Source: an uncultured Pelagibacteraceae bacterium
Lineage (GTDB): Bacteria > Pseudomonadota > Alphaproteobacteria > Pelagibacterales > Pelagibacteraceae
Direction of reading: 5' to 3'
Assembly (NCBI GenBank): GCA_902558795.1
Contig: CACEFI010000001.1
Span: 3,665-67,664, forward strand
DNA: 64,000 bases
Shown: positions 10,417 to 21,898 of the stretch, in pieces
How positions within the stretch are numbered: position 1 is the first letter of the stretch
Layout: each line of letters opens with the position of its first letter
The notes under the pieces: generated by a model
Seen by the model: the letters and a program-made list of their open reading frames with translations, nothing else
What the model was told of the DNA's origin: nothing
Database searches by the model: none
Translations under genes and position numbers: made by a program

Positions 10417-12155
10417 TTTTTTTTAATCTGTCTTTCATAAAAATTTTTGTAAACCAATGATTTTTTTAAAAGAACCTCGTGTGTTCCTGAGTTTATAATT
10501 TTTCCTTTATCAACTACATAAATGTTATCTGAACTGAGAATTGTTGACAATCTATGAGCTATTACAATGGTAGTTTTATCCAAGGTCAATTGAGTTAATG
10601 CTTTTTGAATCTTTTCTTCAGTTTCAGAATCTAAAGATGAGGTTGCTTCATCTAATAATATTATTTTACTTTTTTTTAGAAAAGCCCTTGCTATTGACAG
10701 TCTTTGTTTTTCTCCCCCAGATAATTTTACCCCATTCTCACCAATCATGGTCTCATATCCATTTTCTAAATTATTAATAAATTCGGTACACATTGATTGT
10801 TCTGCTGCTTCATAAACTTCTTCATTACTTGCTTCTGGTCTGGCATATTTAATATTATTTAAAATAGTATCATCAAATAGTGTAGTGTTTTGATCTACTA
10901 TAGATATTTCACTTCTTAAAGATGCTAAATTAAATTCTGATATATCTTGATTATCCAAATGAATGTTACCATTAGTTGGTGCATAAATTCTTGGTACCAT
11001 GTTCAATAATGTAGATTTACCAGATCCACTATGACCAACTAAGGCAGTCATTTTACCACCAGCAAAATTTGCATTAATGTTTTGAAGCACCACATTTCCT
11101 GGATTAGATTTATAAGTAAAGTTAACATTTTGAAAAATTATATTTCCATCTGAAATATTCAATTTTTCTTTATCTTCATTTAAATTAATTTCATTATTAA
11201 TATCTATAATTGGAAGAATTCTATCTGCAGCAGCAAATCCCTGAAATATTGCAACATTAACTTTTGTAAGAGTTTTTACTGGCTGATAAGCTAGCATCAT
11301 TGCAGCAAGAAATGAAAAAAAGTTGTTTATTGCTAATTCACCGCTAATAATTAATTTTCCAGAATAAAATATCAAAATAGCAATCATAATACCCGTTAAT
11401 ATTTCCATTACTGGCGCAGACCTAATATATACAGCTGAGATTTTTGCAGACTTTTCTTTTAAATCATTAACAAATTTTTCAGATCTATTTTCTTCAAAAT
11501 TTTCTCTTTGAAAAATTTTTATTATTTTATGATTTTTAAAAAGATCAATTAAGTATCTATTTAAATCACCAGATTTTTCTTGAGCTTGGGTTGATATTTT
11601 ACTCATTCTTTTTCCTAAAATTTTTGCAGTGATAGAAGCAAGAGGAATCATAATAATTGCAATTAATGAAAGTTTCCAGTTTTGAAAAAACATTACACAA
11701 AGTAATCCTATTAATGTGAGACCATCTTTGAAGATACTTAGGTATGCCTCAGATAACATTCTTGTAATTTGATTTACATCAAAATTTAAATTAGAGATAT
11801 ATTTGCCAGAGTGATTATTATCAATAATTTCAGTATCTGCTTTAATAAAAGATTTAAGCATATCTGTTTGTAAAATTTTTTTAACTTCCTCAGATACATT
11901 AATCATAATAAGTTTTGCAAAATAAAGTGAGATACCTTTTGCGCTAAAAGCAATAATTATTGCTATTGGGATAAGGATAATCAAAGTTTGATCTTTATTG
12001 ATAAATATTTTTTCAATTGCTGGATCTAAAAGCCAGGCTGTTGCTGAAGTACTTAACGCTACTAAAACTGAAAAAACAGCAGCCAATACAATTTTACCAA
12101 GAAATTTGCTTGTATAGTCTTTATAAAGTCTTTTAAAAGTTTTTGATTTTATCAT
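10413..12155 (-). CDS. msbA: MsbA-like lipid A ABC exporter (permease plus ATPase)
   Basis: N-terminal TM domain, GHSGSGKST, LSGGEKQR, LLDEATSSLD. Lipid A operon context. Confidence 0.88.
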   Translation of the reverse strand: MIKSKTFKRLYKDYTSKFLGKIVLAAVFSVLVALSTSATAWLLDPAIEKIFINKDQTLIILIPIAIIIAFSAKGISLYFAKLIMINVSEEVKKILQTDMLKSFIKADTEIIDNNHSGKYISNLNFDVNQITRMLSEAYLSIFKDGLTLIGLLCVMFFQNWKLSLIAIIMIPLASITAKILGKRMSKISTQAQEKSGDLNRYLIDLFKNHKIIKIFQRENFEENRSEKFVNDLKEKSAKISAVYIRSAPVMEILTGIMIAILIFYSGKLIISGELAINNFFSFLAAMMLAYQPVKTLTKVNVAIFQGFAAADRILPIIDINNEINLNEDKEKLNISDGNIIFQNVNFTYKSNPGNVVLQNINANFAGGKMTALVGHSGSGKSTLLNMVPRIYAPTNGNIHLDNQDISEFNLASLRSEISIVDQNTTLFDDTILNNIKYARPEASNEEVYEAAEQSMCTEFINNLENGYETMIGENGVKLSGGEKQRLSIARAFLKKSKIILLDEATSSLDSETEEKIQKALTQLTLDKTTIVIAHRLSTILSSDNIYVVDKGKIINSGTHEVLLKKSLVYKNFYERQIKKN

Positions 12156-12160
12156 TATGT

Positions 12161-13027
12161 TTATATTAATTTTCCAACAAGAATATTGATAAATATTATT
12201 AGCCCTAAAAAATTATTACTTTTAAATTTAGATAAGCAATCAATTGATTGATTGATATTCAATTTTTTAACCTGAAATATTAGTAAATGCAAAATGGGGA
12301 TAGTCATAAATAAAAAATAATAGATTTTAAATTTCATTAATATTCCTATTAAAAACAAAGATATGATGAACAAACAGTATGAAATAAACAAAAATTTTTT
12401 TGGATCATTTTTAAACTTTATTGAAGTTGATTTTACTCCTATTATTTCATCATCTTTAATATCTTGAAATCCATAAATTGTGTCGTAGCCTAGTGTCCAA
12501 AATATGGCTCCTAGATAAAATATAATTGGAATTATTGAAATTTCATTTGCAATTGAAATCCATGCCAAAATTAACCCATAATTAAATGTAATTCCTAGAA
12601 ATAATTGAGGCCAATAAGTAATTCTTTTCATTAATGGATAGGTAAAAGCTAGTGGCATTGAAATTAAAGCCATTAAAATAGTAAAATTATTAAAATTGAT
12701 TAATACTAAAAAAGCAATAGCACATAAAACTAATGCATAAGCAGATGCAAGTTTTACAGATATTTTACCTGAGGCTATGGGTCTATTTTTAGTTCTTTCA
12801 ACTTTTTTATCAAAGTTTTTATCTGCTATATCGTTCACTATACAGCCTGCTGATCGCATCAGTATTGAGCCAGAAAGAAATAGTGCAGAATAAAAAAAAT
12901 AAATAAATAAATCTGAATTAAAATCGTAAACTATTGTAAGTCCCCATAGACATGGCCAAAACAATAGCATAAAGCCAATTGGTCTTTTTAATCTTGTAAG
13001 TTCAATAAATAACTTTATTTGGTTCAT
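12161..13027 (-). CDS. ubiA: 4-hydroxybenzoate polyprenyltransferase
   Basis: RLKRPIG..LL.WP, MRSAGCIVNDIADKNFD..VERT..RP, YDTIYGFQDIKDD. Confidence 0.95.
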   Translation of the reverse strand: MNQIKLFIELTRLKRPIGFMLLFWPCLWGLTIVYDFNSDLFIYFFYSALFLSGSILMRSAGCIVNDIADKNFDKKVERTKNRPIASGKISVKLASAYALVLCAIAFLVLINFNNFTILMALISMPLAFTYPLMKRITYWPQLFLGITFNYGLILAWISIANEISIIPIIFYLGAIFWTLGYDTIYGFQDIKDDEIIGVKSTSIKFKNDPKKFLFISYCLFIISLFLIGILMKFKIYYFLFMTIPILHLLIFQVKKLNINQSIDCLSKFKSNNFLGLIIFINILVGKLI

Positions 13028-13076
13028 AATTTACTTGTAAATAACAAAGGCTAGATTCATAATCAAACTGATTCGC

Positions 13077-13481
13077 ATGAATATAGATTACACAGTCACA
13101 GCCTTGATGTTTCCAGCTATACCTCTATTAATGAGTGTCTACAGTAACAGATTTCACTCTTTGAGTATGTTGATTAGAGAGCTTCATGATGAGCATGTTT
13201 ATGAAAATCATATTCCCCATGAATGGAAAAAACAATTCATAAATCTAAGTGGACGGATAACTCTTCTTCGTTGGACAATCATGTTTGCTGCTTTTGGGTT
13301 TTTGTTCAATATGATGACTGTCCTTGGTCTTTATTTAAATGAATTATTCATTGCCAGAGTAATTTTTGGTTCTTGCTGTTTATCCATGATTATTTCAATA
13401 CTTTTTTTCATAAGAGAAATTCATATTTCAACAAATGCATTAAAGCTGCATATGGCTGATATGGATGTAGATGTTAATTAG
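13077..13481 (+). CDS. DUF2721-like small membrane protein
   Basis: ALMFPAIPLLM..YSNRF..L...IRELH pattern and about three hydrophobic helices. Family recognised from memory. Confidence 0.65.
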   Translation: MNIDYTVTALMFPAIPLLMSVYSNRFHSLSMLIRELHDEHVYENHIPHEWKKQFINLSGRITLLRWTIMFAAFGFLFNMMTVLGLYLNELFIARVIFGSCCLSMIISILFFIREIHISTNALKLHMADMDVDVN

Positions 13482-14448
13482 GAATAATTACTGCAGGACC
13501 TAAGATTTTTCTTCCCTCTAAATCCTGGTGAGCCTGAACTACTTCATCTAATTTATATTTTTTAAATATTTTTATTTTTACTTTTTCAGAACTAATTTTT
13601 TCAAACATCACTTTTGACGCTTCATCCAACTCTTCTCTAGTAGACAGATATTGTTGCATAGCTGGTCTTACGAGATAAAGACCTTTTGGTTGCAAAACTT
13701 TAGGTACATTTATATCTGATAAAGGTCCAGATGCATTTCCAAATGAAACCATCATTCCTCTTATTGCTAAACATTCGATTGATCCATCTAATGTATCTTT
13801 ACCAACACCATCATAAACAACGGGAACACCTTTTCCATCTGTGATCTCCAAAACTTTTTTTGCAAAATCTTCTTTATTATAATTAATAACATGATCGTAA
13901 CCATTTTCTTTTGCTATGTTTACTTTTTCATCCGATCCAACCGTACCTATTACTGTGCAGCCTAAACTTTTAGCCCACTGGCCAAATATTTGACCAACTC
14001 CTCCAGCTGCAGCATGATAAAGAATTGTTTGTCCTGATTTTACCGGAAATGTTTTATGTAAAAGATAAAATGTAGTTAAACCTTTTGTCATTAAAGTTGC
14101 TGCCACTTCAAGATCAATACCTTCCGGCACTTTTACAAGATTTTTTGTTGAATAATTTCTATGTGAAGAATAGGAACCCAATGGAATACCAGCGTAAGAA
14201 ATTTTATCTCCAACTTTAAAGTCTTTTACGTTTTCTCCAACTTCAGTAATAACACCAGCACCTTCTAAACCAATACCACTTGGCATTTTTAAAGGATATA
14301 GACCTGATCTGTGGTAAGTATCTATATAATTAAGTCCAATAGCTTTTTGCTCTATTGTCACTTGGTCAGGACCAGGCTTGTCTAATGTTATATCTTTAAG
14401 TTCTAAAACTTCAGGACCGCCATTTTTTTTTATTTCTACAGCTTTCAT
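13474..14448 (-). CDS. qor: NADPH:quinone oxidoreductase (zeta-crystallin/MDR family)
   Basis: GGPEVL, AIGLNYIDTYHRSGLY, HAAAGGVG, VVYDGVG, FGNASG. Confidence 0.92.
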   Translation of the reverse strand: MKAVEIKKNGGPEVLELKDITLDKPGPDQVTIEQKAIGLNYIDTYHRSGLYPLKMPSGIGLEGAGVITEVGENVKDFKVGDKISYAGIPLGSYSSHRNYSTKNLVKVPEGIDLEVAATLMTKGLTTFYLLHKTFPVKSGQTILYHAAAGGVGQIFGQWAKSLGCTVIGTVGSDEKVNIAKENGYDHVINYNKEDFAKKVLEITDGKGVPVVYDGVGKDTLDGSIECLAIRGMMVSFGNASGPLSDINVPKVLQPKGLYLVRPAMQQYLSTREELDEASKVMFEKISSEKVKIKIFKKYKLDEVVQAHQDLEGRKILGPAVIIPN

Positions 14449-14451
14449 AAT

Positions 14452-15288
14452 TTATTTTACAAATGTATCATTATGATAATCTTGAACTGCTTGCAAGATT
14501 TCAGCTTTAGTATTCATTACAAAAGGCCCACCTCTTGCGATTTCCTCATTAATTGGCTTTCCAGAGATTAGTAAAAATTTGGCATCCAATTTAGCCTTTA
14601 CTGTCAAATCCTCACCTCTAGTTAACAGTATTAAAGTACTATCTTTAACATTGTCATGTTTTTTTTTGCCAATTTCGATTTCACCATTAATCAAATAAAT
14701 AAAACTATTATGAGTTGATGGTAATTTAAATTTAAATTCCTTACCTTTATTTAACCCAACATCAAAATAAACTGGCTCAACATTATGACCTTTAACAGGG
14801 CCTTCAGCATCTTCAAATTTACCTGCTATGACTTTTACCCGTTTATCTTCATCTTTATGGACACTCATTTTGTCTGCATCAATATAAATATATTCAGGCT
14901 TACTCATTTTTAATTTAGCAGGCATATTTACCCATAATTGAAAGCCATGAAGTTTACCTTCTTTCATTGCAGGCATTTCAGAATGAATTATTCCACTTCC
15001 TGTTTTCATCCACTGGACATCTCCTGCGGTCATTCTGCCTTCACCACCGGTGCTATCTTTATGTTCAAAATCTCCTGCCAACATATAAGTAACGGTTTCA
15101 ATTCCTCTATGTGGATGAGGAGGAAATCCAGCAATATAATCTTCACTATTTTCAGATCCAAATTCATCTAGCATTAAGAAAGGATCAAAGTAATTTGGCT
15201 CAACACCAATGCTTCTTTTTAATTTAACCCCAGCACCATCAGAAGCAGGGATAGGGTCAATAATTTTACTCACTTCAATATTCGACAT
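14452..15288 (-). CDS. Pirin family bicupin protein
   Basis: DPFLMLD, GFPPHPHRGIETVTY, VQWMKTGSGIIHSE, GFQLWVN, GPFVMN. Confidence 0.93.
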   Translation of the reverse strand: MSNIEVSKIIDPIPASDGAGVKLKRSIGVEPNYFDPFLMLDEFGSENSEDYIAGFPPHPHRGIETVTYMLAGDFEHKDSTGGEGRMTAGDVQWMKTGSGIIHSEMPAMKEGKLHGFQLWVNMPAKLKMSKPEYIYIDADKMSVHKDEDKRVKVIAGKFEDAEGPVKGHNVEPVYFDVGLNKGKEFKFKLPSTHNSFIYLINGEIEIGKKKHDNVKDSTLILLTRGEDLTVKAKLDAKFLLISGKPINEEIARGGPFVMNTKAEILQAVQDYHNDTFVK

Positions 15289-15666
15289 TTAATTTCCTAA
15301 CTTTTTATCAAGACTAAAGTCTTTAGCTCCATTTACAACAAGAAATAAAAATCCTCCTGCTAAACCAATGTTCTTCATAAATGAAATAAATTGCATTTGA
15401 TCACTGAAATCACTATGAAAAATAATCGCAGTAGCTAAACAGAATACACTAAGTAGAGCTGCTGAAATTTTAGCTTTATATCCGACCATTATTAATATTG
15501 GTGCACCAATTTCCAATATGATTGCTGGAATTAAAAAGATACCAGGCATTCCTAAAGATTCCATCCATCCAACTGTTCCCTCGTAGTTTCCAATTTTATT
15601 TATTCCACTTAATAAAAAAATAAGTGAGATAAAAACTCTTGCTACTAAATCCAATATATTTGTCAT
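15289..15666 (-). CDS. DoxX family membrane protein
   Basis: ARVFISLIFLLSGINKI, LEIG, FMKNIGLAGGFL, SLD. Four TM segments. Confidence 0.88.
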   Translation of the reverse strand: MTNILDLVARVFISLIFLLSGINKIGNYEGTVGWMESLGMPGIFLIPAIILEIGAPILIMVGYKAKISAALLSVFCLATAIIFHSDFSDQMQFISFMKNIGLAGGFLFLVVNGAKDFSLDKKLGN

Positions 15667-15669
15667 AAT

Positions 15670-15924
15670 TTATTTATTGTGAGAACCATCACAGAATGGA
15701 GCATTGTTAGTTTGTTTGCACGCACAGAAAAACATTTTTTTTGTTTCTTCGGCCTTGTATGCAAATGGAGTAAATTTTGTACCTTCATCATTTATTGGGC
15801 TCATATGTGATCCATCACAAAACGGTTGTTTTTTTGATTGCCCACATGCACACCAATAGTAAGATTTACCCTTTTCAACTTCTACTGCTACCGGTCCATC
15901 TCCTGCTCTTTTTCCTTTAGTCAT
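15670..15924 (-). CDS. Tandem CDGSH [2Fe-2S] (NEET/MiNT-like) protein
   Basis: Two complete motifs: WCACGQSKKQPFCDGSH and FCACKQTNNAPFCDGSH. Confidence 0.93.
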   Translation of the reverse strand: MTKGKRAGDGPVAVEVEKGKSYYWCACGQSKKQPFCDGSHMSPINDEGTKFTPFAYKAEETKKMFFCACKQTNNAPFCDGSHNK

Positions 15925-15962
15925 TTTTACCCTTTCGATTAGTTTAAAGCATAACTAATAGT

Positions 15963-16017
15963 TTGTAGTAAAATATACAAGAACGCAATATTTTCATACT
16001 AGTATACAAAATCATAC
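15963..16017. promoter_or_regulatory. Candidate operators in the divergent CDGSH/HxlR spacer
   Basis: Inverted repeats TTGTA-N8-TACAA (15963-15980), ATACTAGTAT (15996-16005) and GTAT-N8-ATAC (16002-16017) in a 129-bp spacer. Confidence 0.5.
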
Positions 16018-16053
16018 CTTGATAATTAAAATAAAATAGTTATTTAATTCTTT

Positions 16054-16413
16054 ATGAAAGATTTAATTAATTGTCCGGCTGAAAGAGCTATTTATTTTTT
16101 AGGTGGGAAATGGAAAATAAGAATTCTTTTTACATTGTTTAATAATAAGAAAGTAAGATTTAACGAACTAAAAAAGGTATTAAAAACTATCACTCAACAA
16201 ATGTTATCTAAACAACTTAAAGAGCTTGAAACTGATGGCATCGTGAACCGAAAAGTTCATCAAGTAGTACCTCCAAAAGTAGAGTATTCACTTACTGAAT
16301 TTGGCCTATCAGTTATTCCTATTCTAAAATCTTTTTCTGACTGGAATAGAAAAAACACAAGAACTATTTCTTTAAAACTTAATAAAAATTTTGAAGAAAA
16401 CAGAATTAGATAA
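16054..16413 (+). CDS. HxlR (MarR/DUF24) winged-helix regulator with N-terminal Cys
   Basis: NCPAERAIYFLGGKWK, RFNEL, MLSKQLKELE.DG, VPPKVEYSLT. Confidence 0.92.
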   Translation: MKDLINCPAERAIYFLGGKWKIRILFTLFNNKKVRFNELKKVLKTITQQMLSKQLKELETDGIVNRKVHQVVPPKVEYSLTEFGLSVIPILKSFSDWNRKNTRTISLKLNKNFEENRIR

Positions 16414-17068
16414 TATTAAGTAACTCTTTTAGATTTTTAATTTCATTTTGAGGTTTGTAATCAAGGTTATCAAAAATATTATTATTTCTGTTTACCCAAA
16501 TAGAATTAAATCCATAATTTCCACCACCTGACACATCCCAAGTGTTAGCACTTAAAAAAACAACTTCATTTTTTTGAATATTATATTTTTTAATTGGCAT
16601 ATCGTAAACTTTAGAGTCTGGTTTATAAATACCAACTTCTTCTATTGAAAAAAGATCATCAAATAAATTATCTAAATTATTACTTTTAACTAATTGATTA
16701 AGAAGTGCAGGTGTACCATTTGAAAGAATAGCAAGTTTTAAATTTTTTTCTTTAAGTGATCTTAAAACTTCTGGGACTTCCTTAAATGGTGAAAGAATTT
16801 TATAAAGATCTAATAATTCATTTCTCATTGAGGAGTTTATCTCAAATGCTTTCATAGATTTATCTAGACTATCTTCAGTTACTTGCCAAAAATCTTTATG
16901 TCTTTTCATTAAACTTCTAAGCCAAGTATATTCTAGCTGAGTAATTCTCCAGTAATTTGCAAAACCTTCCCACTTATCACCAATTTTATCTTTGCATTTC
17001 TCAGCAGCTGAATTCACATCAAATAAAGTTCCGTAAGCGTCAAAAATTATTGCTTTAATATTTTTCAT
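16406..17068 (-). CDS. Haloacid dehalogenase type II (HAD superfamily)
   Basis: IFDAYGTLFDV, WR..QLEY, LSNG, YKPD..VY, SANTWD. Confidence 0.88.
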   Translation of the reverse strand: MKNIKAIIFDAYGTLFDVNSAAEKCKDKIGDKWEGFANYWRITQLEYTWLRSLMKRHKDFWQVTEDSLDKSMKAFEINSSMRNELLDLYKILSPFKEVPEVLRSLKEKNLKLAILSNGTPALLNQLVKSNNLDNLFDDLFSIEEVGIYKPDSKVYDMPIKKYNIQKNEVVFLSANTWDVSGGGNYGFNSIWVNRNNNIFDNLDYKPQNEIKNLKELLNII

Positions 17069-17084
17069 AAACTAACTTATCAAT

Positions 17085-17783
17085 ATGAGTAACATTAGAT
17101 TATTTTATTCAAAAAGTTTATCTCTTAATTTGACTGACAAACTTGATAAATCTCAATCTCATTATGTTTCTAAAGTAATGAGAATTAAAGAAAATGAAGT
17201 TTTTTCTTTATTCAATAATAGTGGAGAATGGGAAGCTAAAATTTTAAATATAACCAAAAGCATAGTTGAGTTTAATGTTACGAAGCAATTAAGACAGAAA
17301 GAAAATACTAAAGAACTCTGGTTAGCTTTTTCTCCAATCAAATCTAATTACTTTAATTTTATGATTCAAAAAGCTACGGAGCTTGGGGTAACTAAGTTTT
17401 TACCGGTCATTTTTGAAAGAACGATTGTTAGAAAAATAAATAAAGAGAGGTTGGAAAAAGTAATCATAGAAGCTGCTGAACAATCAAATAGAATAACAGT
17501 TCCATCAATTGAGGATCCTCAAAAATTAAAAAGCTTTTTAAATAATGATATGGATTTAATATTTACCGATCTCAACACTACTAATACAAAAATTGACATT
17601 AAAAAGTTAACTACAAAGCCTACTTGCGTAATCATAGGACCAGAGGGAGATTTTTCTGAGGAGGAGAGGGAAGAGATTCTTAAATTTAATGATGTTCAGC
17701 CTATTAAAATCAATGAAAACATCTTAAGATCTGAAACGGCTGTAATTTCTGCTATATCAATCATAAATTACGTCATTAATTGA
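17085..17783 (+). CDS. rsmE: 16S rRNA (uracil1498-N3)-methyltransferase
   Basis: HY..KVMR, QKATELGV, EAAEQS, IGPEGDF, ILRSETA. Confidence 0.94.
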   Translation: MSNIRLFYSKSLSLNLTDKLDKSQSHYVSKVMRIKENEVFSLFNNSGEWEAKILNITKSIVEFNVTKQLRQKENTKELWLAFSPIKSNYFNFMIQKATELGVTKFLPVIFERTIVRKINKERLEKVIIEAAEQSNRITVPSIEDPQKLKSFLNNDMDLIFTDLNTTNTKIDIKKLTTKPTCVIIGPEGDFSEEEREEILKFNDVQPIKINENILRSETAVISAISIINYVIN

Positions 17784-17844
17784 TATTTTGTCGCTAAAAG
17801 TAAAAGTGTATTTTTTTAAAAGACGCTCTATATAGGGTAAAAAA

Positions 17845-20296
<2,452 letters not shown>

Positions 20297-20325
20297 TAAT
20301 TTTTAGATTTTTAAACTAAGTATTA

Positions 20326-21237
20326 ATGATTAAGTCTAAAACAAAGAATAGAAATTTAAGTCAGGAAGACGTATTTAATTTATCTGAACTCTTTAAGCTG
20401 ATGAAGCCTAGGGTGATGTCGTTAGTTATCTTTACCTGTGCTGTAGGATTATTAATGGCACCAAATGTCATTCCAACTAAAGATGCAATTATAGGAATTA
20501 TACTTGTATCGATTGGAGCAGGAGCAGCAGGTGCATTGAATATGTGGTACGAGTCAGATTTAGATGCACTGATGACAAGAACTTGTTTGAGACCAATACC
20601 AACAGGTAAGGTAAATAAAAACCAGGCATTAGTTTTTGGTGTGGCACTTTCAATATTTTCAGTAATTGCACTTGATTTTTTTGCTAATAGAATATCCGCA
20701 AGCTTATTGCTATTCACAATCTTATTTTATGTTTTGGTTTATACGGTTTGGTTAAAGAGAAAGACTCCACAAAACATAGTAATTGGTGGAGCAGCTGGTG
20801 CTTTACCCCCTGTTATAGGATGGGCTATAGCTACAAATTCCTTATCTTTAGAACCTATTACATTCTTTCTTATTATTTTCTTTTGGACTCCATCTCATTT
20901 TTGGGCACTTAGTCTTTATAAATCAGATGACTATAAAAAAGCTAAAATTCCAATGCTTCCATTAACCAATGGTATTGAAAGCACTAAGTTAAATATCTTT
21001 ATTTACTCATTAATAATGATCCCAGTAATAGTAATGCCATATATAATTGATTTTGTTGGATTAGTTTTTTTAATCCCATCTTTAATTTTAACTTTTTATT
21101 ATAACTTCTTATGTTTTCAGCTTTATAATTTTAAGAAAAATAAATTTAATGCAAAAAAAGCAAAATCTATATTTGGATATTCAATTTTATATTTATTTTT
21201 GATATTTGTTCTTTTTTTAATAGATAAAATTTTATGA
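20326..21237 (+). CDS. ctaB: Protoheme IX farnesyltransferase (heme O synthase)
   Basis: LMKPRV, D..MTRT..RP, LKRKTPQNIVIGGAAGA, FWTPSHFWAL. Confidence 0.95.
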   Translation: MIKSKTKNRNLSQEDVFNLSELFKLMKPRVMSLVIFTCAVGLLMAPNVIPTKDAIIGIILVSIGAGAAGALNMWYESDLDALMTRTCLRPIPTGKVNKNQALVFGVALSIFSVIALDFFANRISASLLLFTILFYVLVYTVWLKRKTPQNIVIGGAAGALPPVIGWAIATNSLSLEPITFFLIIFFWTPSHFWALSLYKSDDYKKAKIPMLPLTNGIESTKLNIFIYSLIMIPVIVMPYIIDFVGLVFLIPSLILTFYYNFLCFQLYNFKKNKFNAKKAKSIFGYSILYLFLIFVLFLIDKIL

Positions 21238-21359
21238 TGACACCTGACAAAAAAACTAAAAAGAAAAATATTTTAACTGCCGTAGCAATTTTGGCATTTA
21301 TGGTATTTTTATTTATATTTACTTTATACAATGTTGGAGTATTTGATAGGCAGATATGA
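21234..21359 (+). CDS. 41-aa single-TM small protein in the cox operon (CoxF-like position), not in ORF track
   Basis: Hand translation MMTPDKKTKKKNILTAVAILAFMVFLFIFTLYNVGVFDRQI*. ATGA overlaps with both the ctaB stop and the ctaG start. Confidence 0.75.
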   Translation: MMTPDKKTKKKNILTAVAILAFMVFLFIFTLYNVGVFDRQI

Positions 21360-21889
21360 TGAAAGGTAAAACATTAACCCCAATATTGTTAGCAGGAATT
21401 TTTGTTCTAATGTTAGGTTTGTCATTTGCTGCAGTACCTTTGTATGATTTATTCTGTAGGGTAACTGGATTTGGGGGAACAACACAGTTTTCGAAAGATG
21501 CCCCAGATATAGTATTGGATAAAGTAGTAAGTGTTAGATTTGATACTAATGTGAACAATCTTACTTGGGATTTTAAAGCTAAATCTAATGTAATTGATGT
21601 AAAAGTAGGCCAAGTAAATAGAATAGAGTTTGAGGTAGAAAATTATGGTGATGATACTACTTTTGGAGTAGCGAGCTTCAATGTTTCACCTGCTAGTTTT
21701 GGAAAATATTACAGTAAATTAGGATGTTTTTGCTTTGAAAAACAAGAGCTTAAAGCAGGAGAAAAAGCGACTTATGTGATGACTTTTTATCTAGACCCTG
21801 AGCTCGTAAACGATCCGACTACAAAAAATTTAGAAGATGTAACTATGTCGTACACTTTTTTCTCGACAGATTACTATAAACAATCATAA
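21356..21889 (+). CDS. ctaG: Cytochrome c oxidase assembly Cu chaperone CtaG/Cox11
   Basis: VPLYDLFCRVTGFGGT, CFCF, MSYTFF. Confidence 0.95.
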   Translation: MMKGKTLTPILLAGIFVLMLGLSFAAVPLYDLFCRVTGFGGTTQFSKDAPDIVLDKVVSVRFDTNVNNLTWDFKAKSNVIDVKVGQVNRIEFEVENYGDDTTFGVASFNVSPASFGKYYSKLGCFCFEKQELKAGEKATYVMTFYLDPELVNDPTTKNLEDVTMSYTFFSTDYYKQS

Positions 21890-21898
21890 TCACGCAAA

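Noticed and set aside
17784-17844. TTTTGTCGC upstream of ctaC as a possible RegA/PrrA half-site
   Set aside because: Only a half-site, too weak to call without comparative data.
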